Shown here: positions 24,701 through 42,200 of the stretch, one piece after another
How the letters are laid out: every line of letters begins with the position of its first letter
Position numbering within the stretch: position 1 is the stretch's first letter
Assembly: GCA_028534125.1 (NCBI GenBank)
Contig: CM052817.1
Span: 104,782,001 to 104,846,000 of the forward strand
Direction of reading: 5' to 3'
Length of the DNA stretch: 64,000 nt
Origin: Lama glama
Lineage: Eukaryota
Position numbers and translations under genes: made by a program
Notes under the pieces: model-generated
What the model saw: only the letters and a program-made list of their open reading frames with translations
Told to the model about the DNA's origin: nothing
Database searches by the model: none

Positions 24701-26364
24701 GCTTCATGATGGAATACAAATTACAAATTTGTCTATTGAGTTAAAGATAATCCTTTCCCATTAAAGGCGACATTCTGCTGCATTTTGCATGACCACCTAG
24801 AACCTACAGTATAAATAGGATCCAAGGAAGCTTTTCCGTAGGGAACCTCAAGCTCTCGGATTTTGCTGAAGTTCTTTTGGCAATTTCAACACTCATAACA
24901 GAAGCAATGACAATAAAACAATCTTACTAATATTCATGGGCACGCCTATGACCAAGTTCAGGATATCTACCAAGATATCCCATTCTTCATTATAGTTGTC
25001 ATCCACATCCAGAGATTTATCAAACTGTACAACCAACAGCTGGAATTATGCTAATTTGTGGGAAAACTTGTTCTCTTTCCTGTCTTCTTTATCTGGTTAT
25101 GGTATTGGTTGGCTTGTTGGAATAAAACTACCTCAGAGCTCCTTTCTGCTCACATTTTTCTTATCACTTTCATGCAAGATACATGCCAGGCACAGATTCT
25201 TCATGAATAAGTCCAGTCTATTACAGCATGACACCTTAATTAGCATGAAATGAGTGCATGAGGCACTTGTATACAAATTAACATGCTAATAGTTTGACTA
25301 TAATTTTATTATTGTTTTTTTTTCCGGAGAAGAAATGCAAGCACTCATTTCTCTGTTCTATAAAAATTTCTTATGTATAAGTAAAGCAAGATTATTTCCC
25401 CACATCCTGAAATGTTGGATTACCTACTGTGATTCATTAATTATTATTAATAATAATTCTGGGCATTGTGTGTATGGTGAGTCGCATGATACAAATTTTT
25501 CATTGAATTTCTCCTTTTGTTTTCCTTTATATAAGTCTTATTGACATAAACATTGGGGGAAATTTGCTGCTAATGAAACATATCATGGAAACAGAGAACT
25601 CCACTTACCTTTGTTCAGCGGTCAGGAGAAACATCCCTTCTTATTATGAGAACAATATGTAGCTCTGTTTATTAAAAGAGCCCTAAATGGCTGTTAGAAA
25701 GCTAAGTCATGGGCAGGGCTCTGTACTTTCATCAGAGAATACTTTGTTTACAGAGTGGAGCGGATGTTCAGTCTGCTTGTATCTGTGTACTTGAAACATG
25801 CCGGGAGCACAAAGCCTTGAATGAAAGAGGCAAGTAGAGAGAAGCAGGCTATAACCACAGGAAGAAGTAAGTGCAGGAAGGTTCTCAGGGCCATTTGCTG
25901 GGATACATTTAAAGGATCCAGATGGTAATAGTAACAAAGTCTTGCACTAGATTCAGCCCTGGGAAAAGCAAAGGACTTCAGAATGTGCTAACTGTGACAA
26001 CAAAAAGTCATCATGGAAGTATTAAAGTTTTTGGAATAAAAGAAACTAAAGCAAAATCCGTTGAGATTTTAATTCCACATCCCTGTGTACCATGATTTGC
26101 TTTGCAAGAAAGAAACATTTCTAGACAAAATTTTAGGGTAAGCTTTGCTATCATTACCTCATATGTTCAATAATTGTTTATTGCAAAAAAAATGACTTTT
26201 TTTGGTGTTCCATAATTATTTATTGAAAAAAATGATTTTTGGGGGTAACAAAGTAATTAAAAATTGAAGCTGTGGTGCAATCTCTTAGTTCCAGAGAAAG
26301 AATGCATCTCCTTTTGTTTGGTATATGACTAAAATAACCAAAAAACAGCAGCTTGTTCCTAGAG

Positions 26365-26968
26365 CCGGGTTTCTCTACCTCAGCACTAGTATTTTTTTTT
26401 TAATAGACTTTATTTTCTCAGAGCAGTTTCAGGTTTACAGCAGAACTGAGCAGAAAATACAGAATTCCCACATAGCCCTCCCCACCCAAACATATACATT
26501 CCCCTACCCTCAGCATCCCTCATCAGTGTGGCACATTTGGTACAATCGATGAGCCAACATGGGCACATTATTATCAACCAAAGTCCATAGTTCACATTAG
26601 GGCTCACTCTTGCTGTTGTACATTCTATGGGTTTTGACAAATGCATAATGACATGTAGCCACCACTATAGTATCATACAGAATAGTTTCATTGCCCTAAA
26701 AATCCCTGGTGCGCCATCTATTCATCCGTCCGTCCCTCTCCCCAAACCCCTGGAAACCACGATCTTTGTATTATTTCTGTAGCTGTCAGCACTAGGATCT
26801 TTAGGCTGGATAAGCCTTTGCTGCAGGCTGTCCTATGCACTGTAGGACATTTGGCAGTGGCTAGATATATCAGCAGCATCTCCCCACCCAGTTGTGACAA
26901 CTAAACTGTCACCAAACAGTGCCAAATGTCCTTCAGGGGCAAAAATCTCCTCTAGTTGAGAACCACTG
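26365..26968. mobile_element. MER20 (hAT-Charlie) split by an L1 fragment
   Basis: ttctc.acctcagcacta...ctgtcctatgcactgtaggac.tttggcag...gttgagaaccactg; flanks share a ctaga core. Confidence 0.85.
26390..26785 (-). mobile_element. LINE-1 3'UTR fragment (L1MA-like)
   Basis: 10-bp TSD tcagcactag (26380-89 / 26786-95); T-tract. Confidence 0.85.
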
Positions 26969-27799
26969 CTCTAGATTCTGATTCTCTGACACCCTTGGCT
27001 GGGATCATGTGATTAGAAATCCTGCTACTGAACGGTGAAATGTGGGTTTCAATCAACCCAACTGCTCCAATCCTTGAAAAAGTTAGAAAACATAGTTTAA
27101 AATATATATTAAAATGCACAATATTATTAGCAATCAAGAACATGAAGAAAAATCGTTCCATGTGGATTACTTAATCTTGCGGCACATTTGGAGCTCAACA
27201 TGAAAAACAGCTATGATCATAACAGCCGGTGGCATGCTGCCTTAAGTGCTTGGTGGTCGTCTTTGTTCACTGAATAATTACTTACCACCTGGCATGTTGT
27301 ACCTGAGGCTGCTAACTGGGAAAGCGCTACAAAGGCTTTCATAGCTTTAAGACGTGTACCAGGTGAGTTTTTACTTTCTTTTTCACACAAAGAAGAACCT
27401 GCGTGAGTTCTAAGATGTAAGAATGATTTTTCCTCTTCACACAATACATGTACCAACACCCCCTGTTGGTGCAAATAGGCCCGCTGGAGATGGAACGTAA
27501 TTTGGTATCACGTTAAGTGCTACAGTTTCGAGAACAGGACAAATCCTAAGTCTGGGAGACACTGAATCTGGGAGGGCTTCATTCTCAACCAGCAAGTGCA
27601 CGAATGTTGGCCAGTGGTAGGTCCACTCATTTACGGTGTGTTGATCCTAGACACACAGCATCCAAGTACTGTTTGCCCTAAAATGACTTATACTCTAGAC
27701 AGGGCCATGAAGCAATGCATCAATATGGGAACGTTTTTCTGGTATACAGGACTTACAAAATGGGCAATAGATGATGCTAACTTGTCTCTAGAATGCATC

Positions 27800-29790
27800 T
27801 TAGAAGACTGGAGGAAGTGTTAGCCCAGCCAAATAAAGTAAAAATGTGAGAATGACTACAAGGCAGTAAGAAAGAAAGGTCAAAAAGCTTAGATAAGTGC
27901 ACATGCCGACCTGGGTATTATGTGAGCTGGAGACCCTCTGGGGGTTCCTGGGGGAAGACCCGAGGACGTTCTCCTTCTCACAGCAAAGGGAATAGCCTGA
28001 TGGGGGTGGGGAGGAGGTCAGTATCATTGGGAAACTCAGTTGTAGCCATCATATGTGGCCAGGGCTGATGGTAAGAGATGCTATCACTGAAGTTGGTTCA
28101 CTGATAGCAAAGGCAAGGGTAGGATTCTGAGATTATAGGCGCAGGGAGAGGCCAGGCAGGTACAATTATCATACTGAGTGCTGAGATCTCAGTGGTAGCC
28201 AGGGAGGCCTGACCCACAGACACCTCTGGAGGTAATTAACAGTATATGGTGTCTCTAGGGACCAGATAGATTGTCTGTCAGCCAACAAGGGTATTTCTCC
28301 ATGCATTTACCCAGAAAAGATCGATGATGTATGATTGGGGGATTGAGTGTAGGCATCCCAATTAAGAAATCATGATTCATTGCTTAATTTTTGTACCTGA
28401 TAGTTGGTCTGTTTTAAAGGGGAGGAAAATGAAATCGTTGCTGTGAAATTTTAGCTGCATGTGATATTATAAGAAAAGCAAGCAGAGTGGCGGAGAAATA
28501 ATAGACAATTTTCATAATAGGAACTTGCTAACTCCCTCCCAGATTCCAGGAGGGAACCCAGAGTGCTACAGCAGGTCTACAGAGTAATGATCGCTCTCAT
28601 CTTCCGCAAAGGCAATAACATCCATTTACTCTTGAAGCCATATGCTGGGGAAAAGAAAATGACTTACAACTTTTAATATTATCAGTTTAAGGGTCTAAAA
28701 GAGCACTGGTACTCAGAGATGTGACTTACCATTTTGGGCTCTTTCTTATAGTGGAGTCACATGAGATCTAGTTCACAGTGGATCTGCTGTCACTGGGTCC
28801 GTGGACCCATCCAGTGGTCACATCCTCAGTCTCAAACTGTATAATTGGAACAGGGATTTTTTTTTTGTAGTTGACATATTATCCTTACCATTGATTTCCT
28901 GGTTGGTAATGTTACCAGGGAAAGGGAAATAAGAATTATCTCGGTTCTTAGTCATGCCAAAAAAAGAATTTTTAACAAGAGACAGAAAGCGTGCTATAAG
29001 CACGATTTTTATTAGTGAAGTAAAAAGGCAGTAAAAGATAGTACACTCCCCAAAACTGGGAGCGGGCCACTCCAAGAGAGGAAAAATGGCCCTGTTCCTT
29101 TGTTTTCCATCTTCTATCCTAGCTTAGGGGCATTTTCATGATTGATTGATTGATTAATGGCTCAGGTTCTTTGAGAGCTCAGGCTGATTGACAGCTCAGG
29201 TTCCTTGTGCTGTGGCACGCCCATCCCCTTTTGGCAGGTTGTTCACACAGAGAAACCTATGGGAGAGGGGCTCAAACTGTCATGTCAATTACATTCGAAT
29301 GAGCATTGGGTCAAGTTACACCGGGTCCTTCTCTTATGAGCAGCTGCAGCGTTTTGATTTTAGCTGGCTTCTTTTGCTGGCCCTCATTCAGAGAAAGTAA
29401 AAGTTTCTGGAGCCCCTTATCCTGTGTGCAGATGTACTGTTATTTTCTAGGTTGTTCCTTTCCCCTTCCTCTCCCTCTGCCCAGTGTGCGTTTCTGTCTA
29501 ACTGTCTAATAGTAACACAATGGATTTTGGACTAGAATATTAAAGTGAAGTTTTTAAAATTACCACCTCCTTCCCTCTCCCACTCATACAGCCAAGTTAG
29601 TAAATCTAGAACAATGCCACATTTAGAGGGCAATGACAGAGATTAGTTCCTGAAGGACCCAAAAGATGGACGGGAGGTAGCCCCATCATGTCTTCAATTA
29701 ATTCACCTTTCTAGCCCTGAAAATCCAGATGGATGTGGGAAGATGACACTGAGCTATTGACACTGAGCCAGTTTCAGGTGTGCTTGCTGT
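27800..29790 (+). pseudogene. Highly decayed ERVL-class internal (gag-pro-start of pol) remnant, split by an LTR
   Basis: Resembles ERVL pol start (aattcacc..t.tagccc..aaaatccagatgga..tgg.agatgaca); no intact ORF. Confidence 0.55.
28910..29511 (-). mobile_element. ERV1-type solo LTR related to family C
   Basis: tgttacc...ctaata with 4-bp TSD gtaa; shares cacagagaaacc.atgggagaggg and other blocks with 13380-13912. Confidence 0.85.
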
Positions 29791-29804
29791 GGCCAAGGGG
29801 TCGA

Positions 29805-30022
29805 CAGTAAGACGTGCCCCCTTATCCACAGGGGATAAATTCCAAGACCCCAGTGGATACCTGAAACCATGGGTAGGGGTCTGAACCCTCTATATACTAT
29901 CCTTTCTCCTATGCATCTATACCTGTGATAAAGTTTAACTTATAAATTAGGCACAGAAAGAGATTAACAACAATAACCAATAATAAAATAGAAGAATTAT
30001 GATAAAATACTATAGCAAAATT
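29805..30022. mobile_element. MER44/Tigger7 fragment
   Basis: ccccttatccacaggggata..ttccaagacccc.agtggat.cctgaaacc...aattaggcacag.aagagattaacaacaata. Confidence 0.85.
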
Positions 30023-31754
30023 TAGGGGGTTCAGGTCCACAGTTCCCACTATGTAGTTTTTAGGGGTCTAATTCAAGACATCACCTTGTTTAGCTTGTTT
30101 CTCTGTAAAGTGAGGTGTTTGGCCGAAAGGGTCTGTAATGTATGATTTGATTGAAAAAGAGTTTTCAGTGATATATTACAATTCTGTGGGATCAAAGGTC
30201 CATATTTGTAATGCTATTACTGTGCCTTGATTCTGTGCTTCTGTAGATTTTTCAGCCAGCTCCCATTCTTTGTACTGACATCGCAATCTGGAAGTGGGAA
30301 GGAATGGACGTCACTGCATCAGCATGGCTTTGTGTAGTACAATACTCCTCTCTTGCACCCAAATCAATTGTATTCTTTCTCCCTATAGTCAGAAGCTCCC
30401 TACCAACACTTAAGAGAAACTGTTTCGACCCTTGACTTTACATTGAAGTCAGAATTCCTCTTGGTATGTTTACTCTTCCCATTCCTTGTGGACAATAGTG
30501 ACTGATTTTTGGAAAGTAATGCAAGCTACTTATCTCTCTTTCCTAGTTCACTGGGTACAAACTCACATATCAACCAAACTGTCTGGAGATTTTCTTTTTC
30601 TTTTTGGTTTATTCTTCAGTATCAGTTCTATCTGAGTCACATCTTCATATCTAGACTATCAGAAATAGAAACTTAAGCACTTTCTAGTGCAAATTGCAAT
30701 GCTTTTAGCAACCGATCAATCACTTTAGTCCTGTGATTTGTAGAACTGACTTTCCTGATACGCTCTTAGCTAAATGAAATCAATGTCCCTTTAAGGTCTG
30801 TTCAGTGCAAGTCCCTCGGATTTTTGCACATGCAAAAAAAGTAAAATAAGGAAAACAATTTGTCCTGTGTCTTTTTTTTTTATAATTTAAAGGAAAATGC
30901 AAACTATATGTGCCAAATCTCAGCTCCAGAAAGTCACTACTATGCTACTATGTATGGTTTAAAGGGTCAATTAAATGGACATGGGACTTTATTCCAAATA
31001 AAATGTCTTTTCTTAGGAGGGGAGGAAAGAGGAAACACATAGATCACTATGTGTGTCGGTTCTAAGAGCAAAACCAAAGAGAGGAATTATGCACTGATTT
31101 ATTTAGTGATCTAAAAATCTCCTCAAACAGCTCTGAGGGTAAAAACGAAGGAACTGCATATTACTTTGAATCAAGTATAGGAATTAATTATCCATTAAGT
31201 ATATGAGTGTAGTACCAAAAGAATAGAAGGGAAATAGAGTTGTTGAATAGTAAAGGATGCAAACACAGAATCTTTCAGAAACAGGGGCAAGCAATATGAC
31301 TCACCATCGTCAGCTTTTCTGCATCTTCTTTTAATGATATCTCAGAGAGAGACACATCTACAACTCAAGAAAAAGAGCACTTCCTGTCAGTTTGCTTATT
31401 TCTCTAATATAGTTTACGACATGTTGCATAATTATTATTTACCTGCCTTTCTGCCTCTGCTTCACATTTATTCTTTATGCTTGGCTTTTAATAAGTTCTA
31501 AAAAAATTGTAAATGAATGACTTAATAAATGAATGGGTAAGGAAAATAAACATGTGTGCCTCATTGGTGATAAAATTCTATTTTTTCTCAATCTTCTGTG
31601 TGCTCCAGAAAGGCCTGAATTTCTTGCCCATGAAAAGAATAACTTTATGAGAATTTAACTTACAGGTTGAGTATAGGTAACCCAGGAGGTATTCAGCCAT
31701 AGAAGGATTTTTTTTTTCTTTTCAGATTGCTTTTCTTTTCTTTCTCTCTCTCTC

Positions 31755-35212
<3,458 letters not shown>

Positions 35213-35214
35213 TC

Positions 35215-37005
35215 TAATTAACATAACTATCATTTCACATAATCTTCTTTTTCATGAGAGCGATTCAACTCTACTCTCCTAGCAAATTTCAAATATGAAA
35301 TACAATATTATTAACCATAGTCATCCTGATTTACATTAGATTTTCAGACTTTTTCCATCCCATACAAATAAAACTTTACACCTTTTGACCAATATTTCTC
35401 AGTTACTCCCAGTTTCCAGCCCCTAGTATCCACCTTTCTACTCTCTACTTCTATGCAGTCAACATTTTTAGGTTCCACATATAAGCGACACCATGCAATG
35501 TTTGTTTTTCTCTCTCTGACAGTATAATTCCACTAAACATAGTAGCCTCCAGGTATATCTATGTTGCTGCAAATGACAAGATTTCCTTCTTTTTTTAAAT
35601 TGAAGTACAGTTGATTTACAATAATGTGTTAGTTTCAGGTGTACAGCAAAGTGATTCAGTTTTTATATATATATATATATGTACAATACAAATATATATA
35701 GATTTTTTTCAGGTTCTTTTCCATTATAGGTTATTATAAGATATGGAATATTGTTCTCTGTGGCATGAATTAAATTTCTGTCGATTATCTGTTTTATATC
35801 TAGTCAAGTGTGTATCTGTTAATCCTATACTCCTAACTTATTTCTACCCTCCCCTCAGGGTACTTGGTGTGAAGATAACACACTCTTCAGTCACTGTGTT
35901 ACTTCCAGGTCTATGAAAATGACATGCTGAGCCCTCACTCTGCTGTGCTTTGGCCATAGCCAGCCCATGCCCTGCTGTCCACTCAGTGAACATTGTTTCC
36001 CTTTTGGTAACAATAAGTTTGTTTTTTATGTCTGAGTCTGTTTCAGTTCTGTAAATAGACTCATTTGTATTATTTTTTAGATTCCACATATAAGTGATAT
36101 TACGTGATACATATATATTATATGATCTTTCTCTGTCTGACTTCATTTAGTATGATTTTCTCTAGGTTCATCCATGTTGCTGCCAATGGCAATATTTCAT
36201 TCTTTTTTGTGTCTGAGTAAAGTTCCATTGTGTATATGATATATATAGGGTTGTAAGGTTATGACTATATATAATATATATGCACATACATACACATACA
36301 CACCACAACTTCTTTATCCAGTCATCTCCTGATGGACACTTAGGTTACTTCTATGTCTTGGCTATTGTAAACAGTGCTGCTGTGAACATTGGGGTGCATG
36401 TATCTTTTTGAATTAGAGTTTTTGTCTTTTCTGGAGGTATACCACGTAGTGGAATTGCTGGATGATATGGTAGCTCTGTTTTTATGTTTTTTAAGTAACC
36501 TCCATACAGTTTTCCATAGTCTACACCAAGTTGCATTCCCACCAACTGTATGGGAGGGTTCCCATTTCTCCACATTCACTCCAGCATTTATTATTTGTAG
36601 ACTTTTTTGCTAATAGCTATTCTGACTGGTGTAAGCCTTTTTTTTTTAAAGGCTGAAGTAATATTACATATATAGACTATATTATAGTGTAAACATAACT
36701 TTAACATTCACTGGGAAACCAAAAAATTCATGTGACTCACTTTATTGTGACATTGACTTTATTGCTGTGATCTAGAACTGAACCTGAAATATCTCCAAAA
36801 TATGCCTTTAAATAAACTACAATTTTTGGTCCATTCATCCATTGACAGACACTTAGGTATTTACATACCTTGGCTATTCTGAATAATGCTTCAGTTTTCA
36901 TGGAAGTGCAGATATCTCTTTGAGATAGTAATTCCATTTCCTTTGGATATATACTCAGAAGTGGGATTGCTCGATCCTACAGGGGTTCTATTTTTATTTT
37001 TTTCA
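35215..37005 (-). mobile_element. Older L1 3' fragment containing a younger L1 (35590-36636) and a Tigger1 end
   Basis: L1 3' motifs resume after 36636 and 36810; the younger L1 is flanked by cctt(c/t)ttttttt. Confidence 0.8.
36665..36808 (+). mobile_element. Tigger1 terminal fragment
   Basis: Reverse-complement similarity to 19779-19920. Confidence 0.8.
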
Positions 37006-38139
37006 TGGAGGGAAAGAAGCTTTATCAAAGAAGTAGTTTACTGTCTTTACATTTAGTCCATTTTATGTTGATGGGGGAGAAATTGTAAATCAGAATTGAA
37101 ACCTTATGGAAGACTATTAAGGCTCATTCTTGCATTTTCTCATGAAAACCAAGTTGCAAAAGTAACTTGAAAATCCACTGCTATTTTTCAAAACACGAAA
37201 GGAATCATTCGGAGCACGTATCTTTTGAGATAGACATGTGTGGCTTCGCTGATGCCTGTAATAAGATGGCAGTTAGGGGATGTGTTCACATCGTGATTTA
37301 GCAAGGCAAAACCTGCAATTCCTCTTTGAATCTTTTATAGTAATTCTCATTACCTTTTGGTTACTTAGCAGTGCAAATTTTGCTGAGATGTCATCTTCTA
37401 ACCAAACTTTCAGTTCATATTATGGGAGAAAATTCTCAGGTATATTGGTCCTGACTTTAGGGGAAATGAATTAACATTTGAATTATCTAAAGTACTCTAA
37501 TCAGAAACAGTCTACAGGTGGACACTCTAGCCTTTGAGACACTCAAATCAGAAGCCCTCTGTCTCAAGATTTTAACTATCTGTAATTGATGCCAAGTTTG
37601 TTAATTAACACAGTAACTGTTCAAAATAATTTTTGCTGATGAAATTAAAAGTGTATGTGGAATGGCTAGAATTATCGTAGAGCCACCGCCATCCTTCCAT
37701 GACCAGAGAATAAGGATCTGGAGAGTCAAGGCCCCTACACTTTTTTGAAGAGCCTGGGAAACTTGTAGATTGCATGTGGACTTATGGAAGTTTGTGTCAA
37801 GTGGTTCCATCTAGAAGCTTAGCTGAACTTTGTCACTAGAATATTATTGCATCTACTTTGTTCTGTTCTCTGTTGGTAAATAATAATCTTAAGTGTTGAT
37901 ACCAAGGAATAGTGGCACCTAACGTTTTTCCCTTGTGATGGGGCAGCGATAGGGAAGAGGTAATACATGTGTAAAGAGTGGTAGCTGATGTGGCAAAAGA
38001 CTGTGGAGGATAAACGGAATGGAAGGAAGAGTGGGTATCTCTAAATGACCACTAGGCAGTAATGAAGGCTTCCAGGAGAAGCTGTGGCTTGAATTAAGCT
38101 TTGGAGATGGTTAAATGTTCACTGAGTGGACAGCAGGGC

Positions 38140-38639
38140 NNNNNNNNNNNNNNNNNNNNNNNNNNNNNNNNNNNNNNNNNNNNNNNNNNNNNNNNNNNNN
38201 NNNNNNNNNNNNNNNNNNNNNNNNNNNNNNNNNNNNNNNNNNNNNNNNNNNNNNNNNNNNNNNNNNNNNNNNNNNNNNNNNNNNNNNNNNNNNNNNNNNN
38301 NNNNNNNNNNNNNNNNNNNNNNNNNNNNNNNNNNNNNNNNNNNNNNNNNNNNNNNNNNNNNNNNNNNNNNNNNNNNNNNNNNNNNNNNNNNNNNNNNNNN
38401 NNNNNNNNNNNNNNNNNNNNNNNNNNNNNNNNNNNNNNNNNNNNNNNNNNNNNNNNNNNNNNNNNNNNNNNNNNNNNNNNNNNNNNNNNNNNNNNNNNNN
38501 NNNNNNNNNNNNNNNNNNNNNNNNNNNNNNNNNNNNNNNNNNNNNNNNNNNNNNNNNNNNNNNNNNNNNNNNNNNNNNNNNNNNNNNNNNNNNNNNNNNN
38601 NNNNNNNNNNNNNNNNNNNNNNNNNNNNNNNNNNNNNNN
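38140..38639. other. Assembly gap (500 N)
   Basis: N run. Confidence 1.
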
Positions 38640-39113
38640 TCAGAAGCATAAGACAAAGAACCAAGAGAAGGTGATGCAATTTAAACAAAAGGGATGGTGG
38701 TACTTCAAGGAAGGTGTGATGAGCAGTATCAAACAGCACAAGTTCAGGTAAAAAAGTGCTGAAATATCCTCTGACAATAGTGATTGGCAGACATTAACAA
38801 AAGTCACCTTTTATTATATGCTTTTATTATACAATTATACAGACTGTATGCTTAATTAATGTTGTTAATTTAGTGCTTGTTGAGTGGCTGCCTTTGTTTA
38901 ACTGCGCTTGTACAAATGTTAAGAAAAGAGATCAAACAAAAAAACAATTCTGATGTTTATTCAGCATTTCGTACAGTGAAGCTTCTCTATCATGTGAATC
39001 CAAAACACTATTGTATGCCTTTAAAATATTGTTTTACTTTTAATTGCAGAAAACAATAATTTATTTAAATGACATGGTGGAAACTGAACCCAACTGTTCT
39101 TAAAATATGTTTA

Positions 39114-39210
39114 GGGGGAGTAACTAGGTTTATTTATTTATTTTTTTAATGGAGGAACTAGGACCTCATGCATGCTAAGCATGTACTTTACCCCTGAGCT
39201 ATACCCTCCG
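39114..39210 (-). mobile_element. tRNA-Ala-derived camelid SINE (vic-1-like), with B-box deletion
   Basis: ggacctcatgcatgctaagcatgtac...tgagctataccctcc plus (TTTA) tail. Confidence 0.8.
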
Positions 39211-42200
39211 CTCTTGAATCCAATGATTTTAAGGACAATTTAATGTTTAAAGGTTAAAATATATCTTTAACTCTTACTTCAGTTCAAAAATGGCTCTCAA
39301 TTGGTAGATTTCACACCCTTAGGCAAATATTTTAGAAGACATTTAAAAATGCCAATAAATCTGATTGACAGTGTTAATAATTATATATATTTGCTGAATT
39401 TACAATCAATGTAAGATCATTCAGAACACTAAGGGGCACCTGGAGCACTGTATATGTATTGTGCTAAACTGAGGGACTTTTCAGAAATAGAGATTCACAA
39501 GCTTTGATGAACCATATCATAGAAGAAATGTATTCTCAATAGGAAACTTTTAGAATGACTGCTAGGTTCCTTAGGGAATTTCTTAGATGAGAAAATACTG
39601 AACATTTTGTTACAATTTGCTACCTATGAGTTTCTGCAATGTGGAATTTTTGCCTACTCTTAAATCTTTTGGGATGCACGGCAGAAAAGATTATTGGTAT
39701 TTAATTTACTGAGCTGGAAAACACAAGAAGAGCTTTTATGTTCCCAAAAGATATTGTGAACAGTATCTCTACAAATATTTTACATTATGTTGCTATTAAG
39801 TTGTTCCAAAATGCACTAAATGTCTTTAAATATAAGCACAACAGTGTTATCTCTTATGGACTCAGTATGAATACAATAATTATGAAATGAACATAGTTTT
39901 CAAGGGCTGATGTAAGAGATAAACTAAAAGCTTCCAAGCACGTTCCGGGGGCAGCCAGGGGGTTATTTTCGTAGGCGGAAAGTTTCAGCCTAAAGATGAG
40001 AACCAGCTCCCTTTCAGGAAAATCAGCGCTCTCTCTTAGCTGACACTGTCTAACTTATTCAACCCAAGAAAGCTGAAATACTAGTTCTCAATTGATCTGG
40101 ATAAAAATGGTAGATACTGAGGTGCCCTACTGAAATCATTGCTTTGTGATACTTTTCATTGGACATCACGAGCTAAGTCCTTGGTTTGGACTACTTGATG
40201 TTTTCCTTTTCCTTGGTACAATAATAACAGATTCCCGGAACGTTCCAAATGTTTGTCACTAACAGCAACTTCTGAGCATACCTGTCTCCTTCTGCTCCTA
40301 TTGGCCCTACAAGGGTCCACGGTGTTAGTAGTTAAACCTGCTTATGGTGGTCGAATTGTTATTGTAATTATGTCATTTAGATATTACATGATAGGATAAA
40401 ATATGGATTGGAAAAACTTGGGGTAGCCATTGCTTTTAATAAGTTGGGAGACAATAAATGCATTCAAATTAAGTGTGTGCTAGCCAACTCTAAAATAATG
40501 GAAGGGAAATCATGAAAAATCCAAAATCCAGAAGGATTGTACATTTGGTTTGCCTGTAAGGATCTTAAAGCTCTCGTTAAGCTTTTAAGAACCACAAACT
40601 AGAAATCTTAGATACATTATGATTACGGTTTATGCAAGAAAAACAGCTTAAGAGTGTGATCACAGCTGTTTACTCAAAGAAGAATCTTAAGCTTGACAAT
40701 CTAAAGATTGTAGATGAATGTAAATATATAGGTGTTAAGTAAAAAAAAAATGGAAATGTGTATCTCCTTTGATAATATCCGTTTTAAGTAACTTTTCGTT
40801 AACCAATCCACCTTATGCTTCAGTCTCATTGGGTAAGAAGGTTTTTCTGATGTTGCTTAAATCTGCTGAAGTCTTGCCAGCCTGCCAAGGCTCTTACGTT
40901 TGATTTTTGACTTAATAATCATCTGTCTTAATAATAATCATCATTTCATTTGGACCAATTTCCCAAGTGGGATAATTTGTGCTAATGTTACCTTACCTGG
41001 GTGTATCTCCATCAGAGAGGTGAAGGCAGATCTAAGCCCTGATGAAGGCTGTGTCTCCTGAGATGAAGCAGATGGGACTGGAGGACCACGTGAAGCTCTG
41101 ACCCAGCCTATGACAGCGCTCAATGAATGCTGGATGAAATAAATGTCCCTGTAGGGAGTTACTCCACTCATAATTTTTATTTAGAAATTTGATTGCTTCT
41201 ATACATTTTTCTTAAGGCTGACCTTGCACGAATGAGTTTTTAAAAATTTTGCCATCATGTTATAGATTAAGCAATCACTGGCAAATTCCAAGCATTATCT
41301 CTTTATGTAAATTGCCTTAATAATGTCTATATCATTTATAAATTAGTCTCACTGTTGATCTTATGATCTTCATCATAAAACAAGTAAATGAGTATTCTGC
41401 TCAGCAAGAGCATGCAATAAGACAAACTCCAAATTGATCCAAGTCACAAATGTGTCATTTCCCAGAAGCTTGACTTACAGAATGCATTGAATTTTCTTTT
41501 CTTAGCCTCATTTTCCTCACCTAGAAAATATCAGGGACCTCATATTACAGATAATGCATTTTGTAAAATTTAAAAATATTATTATTGCAAATATTCCCCC
41601 GTTGCTTTGACTGGGGCTGCTGTTTTGATTTTAAATATCTAAACTTTATGTATTCTCCTGAAGCGAATGTTCAGACAGCTTTATAATGCCTTTCTATAGA
41701 AGACATCTATGATTACCTTTTTAATTGTCGTTGAACTGAAACGAGAATCAAAGTCTTGTTCCACTGCAGATTAGCAACAGGGGCAATTGTCTCATTTCAG
41801 CTGTAGAGGCCTCGTAAGAGTACTTCTTCCCTAGAACTATTTTTAATAATTCAGATTTTCAGTGTAAACTAGAATACTGGGTGAAGTCATGAGACATGGC
41901 TTCTATTTCTGACGCTAGAACCAATTTGGTATTCTTTCGGGACAAGGCATTTGACCTCTTTTCAATTTAGTTTTACCAGCTGTACATTCATATAAAAAAA
42001 ATGGTTTCCGGCATAAAAAAAATCAGCAAAGTTACTTTTCTTGGGGAAAATGTAATTTAAAAAAATTATGAATTATTTTTAAAAATTAAAAGAAGATTCA
42101 TTTTTTAAAAAGGAGCTTCTATTTTAAGTGGATGGCTGGGTATGTAAACCCCATGCACCGGAGTTGTTGGCAAAGATATCTGTCTGGTGTGGATAGAATC

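Noticed and set aside
40232..40240. Perfect STAT GAS motif TTCCCGGAA (TTCCGGGAA also near 10632)
   Set aside because: Isolated 9-mers with no supporting context
40997..41148. Minus-strand 152-bp exon-like unit with CAG|gtaagg donor
   Set aside because: Weak polypyrimidine tract, overlaps an L2-like tail, no recognisable peptide
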